Positions 41,664 to 53,120 of a stretch of DNA of 64,000 nt are shown here, piece after piece. Numbering within the stretch: position 1 is the stretch's first letter; each line of letters opens with the position of its first letter. Below the pieces are notes generated by a model, which saw nothing but the letters and a program-made list of their open reading frames with translations, did not search any database and was not told where the DNA came from. A program made the position numbers and the translations under genes. Source of the stretch: the human T2T-CHM13v2.0 reference genome, Homo sapiens; NCBI RefSeq assembly GCF_009914755.1, contig NC_060941.1; one strand, written 5' to 3'.

Positions 41664-42009
41664 GTTTTTTTTTTTCTTTCTTTTTGTTTTTATTATTTCA
41701 ATAGTTTTGGGGATATAGGTGGCTTTTGGTTACACGGATAAGTCCTTTAGTGGTGATTTCTGAGATTTTAGTGCACCCCTCATCCAAGCAGTGTACCCAA
41801 CATGCAGTATTTTATCCCTAATCCCCTCCCAACCTTATCCCCACCCAAGTCCCCAAAGTCCATGATATCACTCATGCCTTTGCATCCTCATAGCTTAGGT
41901 CCCACTTATAAATGAGACAATATTTGGTTTTCCATTCCTGAGTTACTTCACATAGAATAATGGCCTCCGACTCTATCCAAGTTGCTGCAAAAGACATTAT
42001 TTCATTCCC
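41664..42009 (-). mobile_element. L1PB-type 3' end with poly(A) tail, 5' truncated
   Basis: Poly-T, then tttcaatagttttgggg...ggttacacggataag...agtggtgatttctgagatttt...ccccaaagtccat...ccattcctgagttacttcac...gttgctgcaaaagacattatttcattcc. Confidence 0.9.
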
Positions 42010-42197
42010 GTGTGCCTAAGATAAGAGGATCTTTGGGTCCAGGAGTTCTGGGCCGACCAGACATCTGCACTAAATTCACCATCAACATGATCAATATAGT
42101 GACCTCCTGAGAGCACGAGGCCACCAGGTTGCCTCAGGAGGGGTGAACCGGCCCCGGTCAGAAACCAAACAGGCCAAAACTCCCAGGCTGATCAGTA
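42010..42197 (+). pseudogene. 7SL (SRP RNA) pseudogene fragment including the S domain
   Basis: gtccaggagttctggg...gcactaaattc..catcaa...gtgacctcc...ccaccaggttgcctcaggaggggtgaaccggcccc.ggtcagaaac..aacagg.caaaactccc..gctgatcagta follows the RN7SL sequence; this S domain is absent from Alu. Confidence 0.93.
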
Positions 42198-43156
42198 TTC
42201 GCCTCTTTGCATGGGTCTTCCCTCTTCTTGCTCATCAGTGTCCCCTCCAAGTCCTTCCTTTGCTACCACCCACTGCAGCCCTTATCCCATCTGACGTAAT
42301 AGGAGGTGAAGAAAGCCAAACACCCCAGTGATGACTGAAAGGGGCTGCAGAGACTTGGAACAGTTGGTGGCTAGTTTGAGATATCCCTTCTCTACCAACA
42401 GTGTGGTAAATGCACATGATAGCAATAACTTAAGCATACCGAGAACAAGGCTGTATGGCCGATGCACCTGACTGTGTTTTCAGAGTTCCAAGCTAAGGAA
42501 TCTGGGAGGAGCCAATGCAGAGATTCGTTTTTTATCTATGAGGAACATCTGAATGCCCAGCCCTTCCTGCAGAACATGGGCCATGCAGGGATCGAGGCCC
42601 TTTGTTTGGGGGTTCAGTAAATGTTGCCAGGTGGAGACTGTCAGGGGAAGGGTGCTAAGTGAAAATGTTACATAAACTGCACGTTCTTTGCAAGCAGCTC
42701 CTGCCCAGCCCACCACCACTGGACTCTCTTCCCTGTATGTAAGTCCCTAGCCCATGTCTCATCTGCTGGTTCTGGGTCTCGTCTCCAGCCTCTTCAACCT
42801 GGTGCCATCCCCACTGGAGTTGACAGGGGTTCAGCACAATACCAACAATGAGGTTTCCAGATTCCTGGGTTTGTGGCTCCATCTTCCTTCTGGCCACTGT
42901 GTTCCAGAGGAGGAGAAGGAGAGAGACAAAGGATGAACTGTAAGTGTGCTGCATCCCAGGCATTGCTCCGAGGGGTCCATAAGATGGTTTTTTGGTGGGG
43001 AAAGTTTTATATTAGAGAGACAAATAGAACCCTCACAGCAAGGACGCACCATAAACTTATGTAAACATATAAGTATATGTGTATGATACAAAGTTTTGAA
43101 AGTTCTCTTGTTGAGAGTGGAGTCTTATATCACTCACTTTAACATATGCACATGTC

Positions 43157-43444
<288 letters not shown>

Positions 43445-43445
<1 letters not shown>

Positions 43446-43556
43446 TATATATATACACACACATATACATATATATGTGTGTGTATATATATATATGTAT
43501 ATATGTATGTGTATATATATATATGCATATGTGTGTATATATACATATATATATAT
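43445..43556. repeat. Compound (AT)/(AC)/(GT) microsatellite derived from the AluY tail
   Basis: Lies between the Alu 3' end and the downstream TSD. Confidence 0.92.
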
Positions 43557-44106
43557 GCACAGGTCATTACCCAGTATAGGTAGGGAGCCTTTCTACCTTC
43601 TCCACCTTCCCTTTCCTGCTCCAATTCTTTTTGTATGTTTCCAGTAGAGTCCCCTTGTTTAAACCATTTTAGACATTGAGGCCTTGTCCAGGAGGCAGAA
43701 ATGACATCTCAGAGCAGCCCACATATCAGGTGGTGAGTGAGAGAGTTATAGGATGACAGTGGCATTCCAAAGGCGTCTACTTCCTTGTCACTTTTCCCTA
43801 CAAACACCTCAAATACAAAGTTGAGAACCACCAAGTGAAAATGGCCCACGTGGCAAGACAAGTCACTCATCCAGGGGTCCTCCCAATGACCTCTTCTGGC
43901 TTTTGGGTTTGATTCCCCTGACTGGTTTGATCTTACTATCATACTTTCTATTGCACCCAAGAGGCAGGCGCTGGCATTATTCAACTTTCCTTAGAGACCC
44001 AGCCATCCTGTTAAACAGTGATGAGGAAAGAGAAGAGAACAAGGAGACTTTGCATTTTAAAAATTAAAAGCTCCAATAGGTCATTTTGCTTAAAAGGAAA
44101 TCTCTC

Positions 44107-44419
<313 letters not shown>

Positions 44420-44847
44420 TCACACCATAACCAAGGCAGAAAACATTTGTACCCAACGCTCACATCTACCTACAATCTCTGTTAGGCGGTTGCTCTGTGA
44501 CTGACTTTTCTGCTCAATATTGACTTCAATGGATATTTTACTCTAATTTCCTCTGCATAGAAATGTTTGGTGATTGTCTTGCTGGAGGAAGGGTACATTG
44601 AGAGCCCATTGTGAATCTCACTGTCCATACCATCTTTCTATGAAATCTTGTTCAATAAACAATCATTAGGGGCAACATGGTGGACAGGAAGGCCATAGGA
44701 TTAGAAGTCATTCATGCTCCCACATGGTAGGCATTTTCTCTGTAGAAGACAAGACTCAGTTTGAAAAGCATTTCTGTCACTCCCCAACTATGTGGATTAC
44801 TTCATCTCTCCAGGCTTATCTTCCTTCTATTTGAAGGAAGAAAGGAT

Positions 44848-45194
<347 letters not shown>

Positions 45195-45713
45195 TCATGC
45201 AGGGCTGTGAAGCTGGAACAGGGGCTATGTGATCACCTGTCACAGGGAAGGTGCTTAGAACATTCCATCCGCACTTCATTCTTGAAGCAAGAAACCATGC
45301 TAATAGCTCTCAGAGTTGCAGAGAAGGATGTTACCCAGCCCTGTCCCCCAAGTGCTGAGTCTTCAGGGAAAACATTTGTGTACACAGGTAATTCAGAATA
45401 TTGGGCACATTGTGAAAGGTGCTGCCAGAACAAAGAGGAAGAAATTCATCCAAACAGCCAGTATTAGTAAAGGCTTCAGGGAGGAGGTGGCATTTGAGCT
45501 GAGCCTTGAAGGACAAGGATGGAGAAACAGCCAGGGCTTCCGGGAGGGAACCATGAGAGCACAGGCTGAAGACAGGAGGGGACAAGCATTTCAGGAAATG
45601 ATGAAGCATTAAGGACAGTCAGGTGCAGACAGAGCCCAGAATGAGTGAGGCTTAAAGAACTGAAGGAGGCCAGATCATGACAGAGCCACAGATGCAGTGC
45701 TGAGATTGCATGG

Positions 45714-46002
45714 TTTCTTTTTTGTTTTGTTTTGTTTTGACTCAGAGCCTCGTTCTGTCGCCCAGGCAGGAGTGGTGCAACCATAGCTCACTGCAGCCTC
45801 CACCTCCTGGGCTCAAGCCATCCTCCTGCCTCAGCCTTCTGAGTATCTAGGAGTATAGGTATGTACCAACATGCCGGGATAAGCTTTTTTATTTTTATAG
45901 AGACAGAGGTCTCACTATATTGCCCAGGCTGGTCTCAAACTCCTGGCCTCAAACGATCCTCCTGCCTCAGCCTCCCAAATCACTGAGATTACAAATATGA
46001 GC
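45714..46002 (-). mobile_element. AluJ
   Basis: catagctcactgcagcctccacctcctgggctcaagccatcctcc; aggtctcactatattgcccagg. Confidence 0.92.
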
Positions 46003-46081
46003 AAGATTACATGTTATCATGGGGGAGGGGCGCATAAGATTCTCAGACCAGGAAATTACGTAATCAGAACATCATTTTAAC

Positions 46082-46197
46082 ACAGTGAACACACATCTCT
46101 GTCTGCCCAGGATAATCCACTGGCATAATTATCAATGGAACCCCCATTCACTCATAAAAGCACTTTCCTTTAGATGAAGAATTACATGATCACTCTC
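46082..46197. mobile_element. MER94-like hAT MITE
   Basis: tctgcccaggata...ggcataattatcaatggaacccccattcactc...aattacatgatcactct. Confidence 0.65.
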
Positions 46198-47254
46198 AGT
46201 TTAGATCACCCTGCTGTCCATGGGACACAGAAACCAGGGGCAAAAGGAGGCTGGACCAGAGAGCCATTCAGAGGCCATATCAACTATCCAAGCAGGAGGT
46301 AGGGACTTCCAAAGGCAGAGAACTCATGGGAAGGCAAAGTACTAGATCAAAGTACCAATTTGAAGGCAGATTCAACAAGACCGATTGATTACCAGACGAG
46401 TGATGGAGAAAGAAACAAGCAGACCCACTAGATGACTGACAGTTTAGTATCAGATATGGGGACTGGACAGGCTGAGCAGGACATTCTTGTGTAAGAGGGC
46501 AAGGAGCTGGCAATGAAAATCTGGAGCACAGAAGAGGCCAGAGCTGGAGATGTGGATTTGGCAGATGGCAGAATCCTGGGGACAATCATGGCTGAAGAGG
46601 GAGGGTGTGAGACCACCCAGGGAGAGGGTCAAAAAGATGACAGTGAGGGTACACTGAGATGATACTGAGACTTGTGCAAAAGAAAAGAAGATTCAGGGAG
46701 AAACAGGCTCATGGACACCTGTGGAGAAGAAGGTTTGGGGATGACTGCCAGGATCAACAGAGCCAGACGCTCCTGCAGGAGTGAGTAGGTTGGAAGAGGA
46801 CGATGGGAAAGACCTTTGAAAGTTCCATTGCACCAGAACAGTGGGGCAGAGGCAAATTCAGTGGGTTGAAGAGGGAGTGGGAGGTAAGGAAGTGGTGTCA
46901 ATAAGTACAGATGATTCTTTGGATAAATCTGTTAGTGAAAAGAAGGAAAGAGATGAGACTGTGGTTTGAGGGAATAATTTTTTTAAAAAAGAGGGGGCAG
47001 GGAAGCATTTGGGAAGTTAAATGTGGAAGTTGAACATATTTGAACACCGAGAGGAAGACAGTGGCAAGAAGAGGGGGTGTGAAGTTGCCAGAGATAACCA
47101 TTTGGAATAAGGTAGGAACAGATGGTTTCTGCTCCAGTGGAGAGGCCATCCTTAGACAAGAGGTAGGACTCTGGAAGGAAGCGAGGCTGCACTTGGAGGG
47201 AGTGAATGCTGCAGGTGGTGGTGCCTATAGTAGTAGTATTATAACATCATTAGT

Positions 47255-47450
47255 AGTAACAATGAATGGTTAACCTTACTTTTTGTTTACATGCAAGTTC
47301 TCTGCATTGTTTAATCCTCACAACAGCCCCATTTTATATGTGAGAAAACTGAGCCCAAGAGAGGTTAATTAAGTTGCTCATAAACCACTGTAAAAATGCC
47401 AGAAGGTGGATTGAAATCCAGGTCTTTCCAATGGCATAGCCAGACTTGTG
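47255..47450 (-). mobile_element. MIR
   Basis: tttaatcctcacaacagccccattttatatgtgagaaaactgagcccaagagaggttaa. Confidence 0.85.
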
Positions 47451-48859
47451 GGCCACTTGGAGTCAGTATAGACCAATGGCTCAGTCCTCTCAGTGAGCTG
47501 GAGGTGAAGTCATCTTCTGTGAATGATGGGGGTGGATGTGGAGGCCTGAGGAAGGAGGAGAAGAGTCGAAACAGCTGCTGGGAAGAATGCAGTAGGGATG
47601 AGCCAGAGAAAAGAGAGGGCACGGACAGCTTCCCAGGGGTACTGATAGTAGATTCCATCTCGTTCTTATCACCCTCATTCCCAGCCCCATTTCCTACCAG
47701 GGGCATGCACCCCATACTCTTCTCATTTATTTTGTGTCTTCTCTCCTCTAATCCCTCCATCAAAGGAAATAAGAGCCATGTGCTCAAGTGGAATGGGTCA
47801 GATTCTTCCCACTGCTGGAGGACTTGGTGATGGCCAGTGGGTAGAGCTGGGGAGGTGGTCCTCAGGGCCTTTGTCCCACCAAGAACACCCTTGGCCTGAA
47901 AGGCTTAGGGAAGCAAGGCATTCACCAGGCAACAGGGATTGCAGATGGAGTGTCTGGGAGCTGTGCCTCTGCGTTTAGAGGGCCAGCGTTTCTGTTTCTG
48001 CCTGGGCCCAGCCAATAGCAGAAGAGAGCTGGAGCCAAAGCACTTGTCCCAGGTGAACCAGCCATCTTCTATTCCATTAACAAGCCTGTTCATCCCGTGC
48101 GACCTCTTTCTACCAGAGATCTATTAATTTTAGCTAACAATCAGTGAAGAGGACACCATTTGATCCCAGAGCTTAAACCCATACTTCTTATTCACTGGTT
48201 TGACCACTTTGAAAATAGTAGCAGGATCAAATAGGCTGAGCCTCCCTCTTTGGACAGAACTTCATTGAATTGTAAATGGAAGGTGTTAGCCTTGGAGACA
48301 AGCTTAAAGATATGGTATTACTGCTTGTTGGATGTGGACCACCACTTATAAAAACCTACTAAGCCACTGGTCAAATTGATAGAATCCATACAGTACCAGA
48401 ATCTAGAAAACATGGGGCTCAACTCAAATTTCCATAAAAGTGGCCAACAGGACCAGGGAATCGGCATTGAATTCTCAATGTGTGCTGACTTTCAGCCTCC
48501 AAATGTCATGGTCAACACATGGGGTCTCAGGATAGGACATCTGTGGGCTGGCAGGTTCCTGAAGCGTTTATTGGAATTTTCTTGGGACTCTTTTCCACAG
48601 TGCTAGAAACTCAATTGTAAGAAAGTAATCACAATGAATTCTTAATAATTGAGAAAAAGCACGGGGAAAATGATCACATCTGTTCAGACTAAAATGGAAT
48701 CGTTTCAGGGAATGCAAGCCGACAACGCTCAATCTACATTTAAGGCGACTGTATTTGTAAGATTGGGGACAAGGAAGAGGGGAGAAGCAGCTCTTGAGAG
48801 AGAGAGTCCTAAATCTGTATATTCAGAATCCATGGGTGAATGTTTGGGAAGCAGTGATT

Positions 48860-48940
48860 TGTGTGTGTATGTGTGTGGGGGTGTGTGTGTGTGTGTGTAT
48901 ATACACACGCACACATATAAGCACACACATTCTCACACAC
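48860..48940. repeat. Interrupted (GT)n followed by (CA)n simple repeat
   Basis: Directly visible. Confidence 0.85.
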
Positions 48941-49816
48941 TCGAACCCACACACTCCAGGTTTCTGAAGAGCTGTATACCATTACCCAGTTCGAGTTGAA
49001 ATGAACCCCGTGCCTCCCTGTAGCCCCTGTTTTGAGTTGTATTCTCCTATCATGGGCAGGAGAGTCTCCTGCAAACCCTGGCCACGGCGTCCTCAGTCCA
49101 ACTCTCCAACAGATTACCATCTTTCCCTTAAGTTGCCCTGAAAAGCAGCCCAGGGGCAACAAATCCCTCCCTCTTCCACCAGTTCCAACATTTCTCTAAT
49201 GAATGCAGGAGAAAATTAATTACAGAGAGATTTTCAAGACCTCGGCATCTAATAACCAGCCCCAGCGCCCCCTCTCTCCAGTTCCTCATTGGCCCTGCCC
49301 AGCCCTGCCCTCCTTCCCTCCACCCTCCCCTCCCCTCCCTTCCCAGAACCCAGGAACAATACCGCAGGCTAATTAGGCAGGGAAAGAGTTTCTTGGCAAA
49401 AGGGGCTGAGTGCTAGGTCACTACCTTGAACAACCCAGAAGAAAAACAAAACAGCATTAAAAGAAAAAGAAAGGGAGGGGGACCTGTTAATCTCAAGTGC
49501 ATTTCCGCCAAATACTCTCCTTTTCAAGTGTTTTCTTCCTGGTAAACAAAGTTCTGTGGCTGGCTTTGGAGATTTTAGGACGCGGTTGCTTAGTAATATT
49601 GGGGAAAACACGAAGTCCCCACCTCAGCCCCATTTTGTGCCTCCTCTCCCTCGGTCACTGCACTGAGGGGTGGTGACACATTCCCACATTGCAAGGGACA
49701 GCCCATTTGTGAAGAAGAGCTGAGCTTTCTCTTCTTTTCTTCTTTTCATGTCTCACAGCTTCCCGAAGCCCAGCAAAGAACAGAGATTTCTGCTCCCAAG
49801 TTTGGTGAATCTAGAC

Positions 49817-50010
49817 CAGCGCTGTCCAGCAGAACTCGCTGTGATGATGGAACTGTCCTATATCTGTGCTGTCCAATATGGTGGTCACCAGCCACACGGG
49901 GCCACTGGGCACTTGAAATATGGTTTGCACAAATGAGCAACTGAGTGTTAAATGTTATTTCATGTTGATTAATGGAAATTGAAATAGCCACAGAGAGCTT
50001 GTGGCTTGGA
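49817..50010. mobile_element. MER3 (hAT-Charlie)
   Basis: tctagac|cagcgctgtccagcagaac...gtgatgatggaa..gtcctatatctgtgctgtccaatatgg...gcacttgaaat...aaatagccaca. Confidence 0.88.
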
Positions 50011-50565
50011 GAGCCACAGCTCCTGTCAAAACCTCTGTGGGCTGAGGGCAACCAAGGGCACAGTAGTAGCATCTGGGTGGCTCGGTGACATTTATGAGGG
50101 ACAGAGGATGGGATGGTATAAGGAGCACAAACAAAGGTCCTGATTTCACTACAGCCCTATCTTCTCTTTTCTGTGCCCTTGGGCATCACTTAAATTGATC
50201 CTCAGTCCCCTCTTCTGTAACGTTAGAGACAATCACAAGAGTGCACTTCACAGTTGTTTTGAGGCAAGGGCAATGGATGCCGAGTCCCCTAGTGACCTCT
50301 TCCACCAGAGAATAACAAATACAGGCAGACCTGGTGCTCTGCCTTCCTGCCTACTCTCCAGTCTCATCTCCTGCTCTTCCTTGGCTGGCGTTTTTTGCTC
50401 CCAGAATTCCATGCACTTTCAACTTTGGTATCTTTGCCTATGTCATGCCTTCTGCCTGGAATCCCTGCCCTTCTGGTTGCCTTGCCTTGGCCAAGAAAAT
50501 TCCTGATCAATCTCAAGGGACCTAAAGAATAGGGAATCTTCTGAGCTCTGAGCTAGAAAGCCTGT

Positions 50566-50765
50566 TTCCCCTCTCCTGTCATCCCATCTTCCTCCTCCTG
50601 TCATCCCATCTTCCCCTCTGCAGTCATCCCATCTTCCCCCCTCCTGTCATCCCATCTTCCCCTCTCCTGTCATCCCATCTTCCCCCTTCCTGTCATCCCA
50701 TCTTCCCCCTCTTCTGTCATCCCATCTTCCCCTCTCTTGTTATACCATGTTCCCCTCTCGTCATC
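50566..50765. repeat. 23-bp minisatellite, about 8.5 copies (ttcccctctcctgtcatcccatc)
   Basis: Directly visible tandem array. Confidence 0.95.
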
Positions 50766-50804
50766 TCTCTTTTTTTCTCTCTTTCTCTCCCCTTCTCTTT
50801 CCAT

Positions 50805-50925
50805 TATGGCTGCCACTAGCTGCACATGGCAACTGAGCATTTGAAGTGTCGCTGGTACAACCGAGCACTGAATTTTTAATTCGAGTTTACTTCATTGAAG
50901 TTGAAATAGCCACATATGGCAAGCT
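50805..50925. mobile_element. MER3/MER33 fragment
   Basis: gccactagctgcacatggcaactgagcatttgaagtg...actgaatttttaatt...aaatagccacat. Confidence 0.7.
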
Positions 50926-51248
50926 CTTGCTTGCTCACTTCCTCGCTCTCTTGCACGCACACACACCCCACATGCTGTAGCTGGGCTACACACTCCTCTC
51001 CAACCCCATCCCTCTGAACATGTGTGCCCCTGAACTTACCTACAATCTAGTATTGAAGCAACCTCTTAATAAATCTACCATCCCATGAGAAAGCGAGCAA
51101 TTAGAAAAGACACAGCCTGTGTTCCACTGTTTTGTTTTGTTTTTCATCTATGTCCCAGCATTCAGTACAGCATCCAGTACATAGTAACTTCTCAATGAAT
51201 ATTTCCCATCCATGAAACAGAAATTGTTCATCAGTCTACAGCCTATAT

Positions 51249-51448
51249 CATGGGTCAGCAAACTACGGCCCACAGGCCAAATCCAGCCCACTGCCCACTT
51301 TTGCATGGCCCTCTAACTAAAAAGCGTTCTTTTATTTTAAAATGATTATATAAGTACCTCCCTAATAGCCTTAACTTTGCCTCTTGGCCTACAAAGCCTA
51401 GGATTTTTTTGCTTCCTGGCCCTTTAAGAAAAAGTTTGCCAATCTCTG
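51249..51448 (+). mobile_element. MER58-family MITE
   Basis: gggtcagcaaactacggcccacaggccaaatccagccc...ctggccctttaagaaaaagtttgccaatctctg. Confidence 0.85.
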
Positions 51449-52919
51449 GTCTGGATCCCAAGAACAGCTGCTAATAGGGCTTGGTGTAGCCTGTGGTTAG
51501 AGAAAGGGATAAACGAGGTCTGGGGAGGGGTGTGGAGAGAAGGGCCCACACCTGGGACAGTCCTAGCAAAGCTGAGCCCACAGGTACCTGGCTAAGTCTG
51601 CAAGAGCTGGTCCTCAGGGACACTGCCAGCCAGGGCAGCACAGACAGGCACACCTCGTGCTTCCTCCTCCCTCTTGAGCCATGGCAAATGGAAGATGGGA
51701 TTTTCTGGATTGTGTTTTGTGGTTTGACTGCGTAAAGTAGCAGTTTCCATTCAAAACAAAGCCCCTAAGCATATTTTTAACAGCAATGGCAAGGTCTTCC
51801 AAAGAGACATGCATAGGGGCTTGGAAGCAATCTGGCAGGCAGGAAGCAGTCTGTCCTTCCCTTTCCTGCTAAAACATGAACCGAGGTTTCTAAGAACCAA
51901 AGCAAAGATTGCTCCAGGCCCTGACAACACCACATCAAGGTGAGCAACAAGATCCTGAAAGGTTACCCCATCTCTGTCCTATGCTCCTCAATACCCTCTA
52001 TACCTGGCCTGTGTCTTCCTAATCTCCACCCCAGAAACAAATCGTCAATCATCTCTCCAAACATCACAAGCATCTGGGAATGTCTCCTGCCCCACTCACT
52101 TCCCTGCTGGGTTCACCCTTCCAAACAGAGAGGGGCTGAGCACACCCAATGTGCTAAATATTTCCCTGCTGCAGAATCTATTTTGCTGCTGCGGCTGCTG
52201 CTTGGCAGCAAAGAGACAGGAAGCTATTTAGATATATTATCTTCCTTTTCAGGAAGTTGAGAGGAACTTTTCTATTGCAGTTCACACAAACATTCCGTCT
52301 AATGGTCATTTAGTCATGCCGGCTCATTAGGTCACCAGTGAGGAATGCCCAGGCTGATTAAACATCATTCCAGCTTCTCTACTCGCTGCCCCGGGTCCCG
52401 GGGAGAAAACAGAGCTTCCATGGCCTGGTGGTGACCAAGACAAGGAGCCCATCCTGAAAGCCACAGGGGCTCACTGCCAACCTCACAGCCCCTCCCCAGC
52501 TCCCACACGGAGCACTTCTTACTTCTAAGGGGGCGCTGATGGCTTTATAAAGAAATGTGTATGGGACTGAGTAGGAAGGTGGGCCCCATGAATACCTCTG
52601 GTCAGATAATGCTGTCCTTTAAGGGAGATCAAAGCGGGCCCTTGGCAGAAGGCCCTGAGAATGCTGTTACCAAAAAATGCAAGACAGACCCATGATGAGG
52701 TCACAGAGATGAATTGATAGCTAGAACACAAGCTTGTGCAGAATGTAACAACTAACTATGAGTGAGTGGTGGTTATGCACTAGACATATTCCAAGTATTT
52801 TATGTGTATTCACTCATTTAAGGCTTGAACAACTCAACGAGGTAGGAATCATGAGGAAATTGGCCCAGAAAGTCAAATACGGTATTTCTGCTTAAGGTTG
52901 CACACACAGTGGATCTAGC

Positions 52920-53120
52920 CTGTGCTCTGCATTAGGACTTTCTGCAGTGATAGACATGTCCCATGGCTATGCTTTCCAGTGGGGTCACCACTGCTACATG
53001 TGGCTATTAAGTCCTTGAAAAGTCACTGGTGTAACTGAGGAAGTGAATTTTAAATTTTATTTAACTATATTTAAATTTACGTGGTGCATGTGGCTAGTTG
53101 TTACCATATTAGACCCCCTG
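52920..53120. mobile_element. MER3 nested in an antisense MIR (~52760-53165)
   Basis: catgtggctattaag...gtaactgaggaagtgaattttaaattttatttaa; 8-bp TSD gatctagc / gatctagg. Confidence 0.8.

Larger units (their letters stand above)
45270..47200 (-). mobile_element. Long degraded L2, interrupted by AluJ and MER94
   Basis: aaggcttcagggaggaggtggcatttgagctgagccttgaagga; ctggagcacagaagaggccagagctggagatgtggatttgg; gggttgaagagggagtgggagg. Confidence 0.7.

Noticed and set aside
42010-42197. Functional SRP RNA gene
   Set aside because: Truncated at both ends, with internal deletions and many substitutions, and no terminator.
42730-42945. Exon or signal-peptide-like ORF (MSHLLVLGLVSSLFNLV...) near GTAAGT motifs
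   Set aside because: The exonic donor context is weak, there is no clear acceptor and no recognisable homology.
49290-49345. C-run tract (G4 on the - strand) as a promoter
   Set aside because: No accompanying CpG enrichment or core promoter motif set; such tracts are common.
50566-50765. CRISPR-like array
   Set aside because: Head-to-tail tandem repeat with no unique spacers, in primate DNA.
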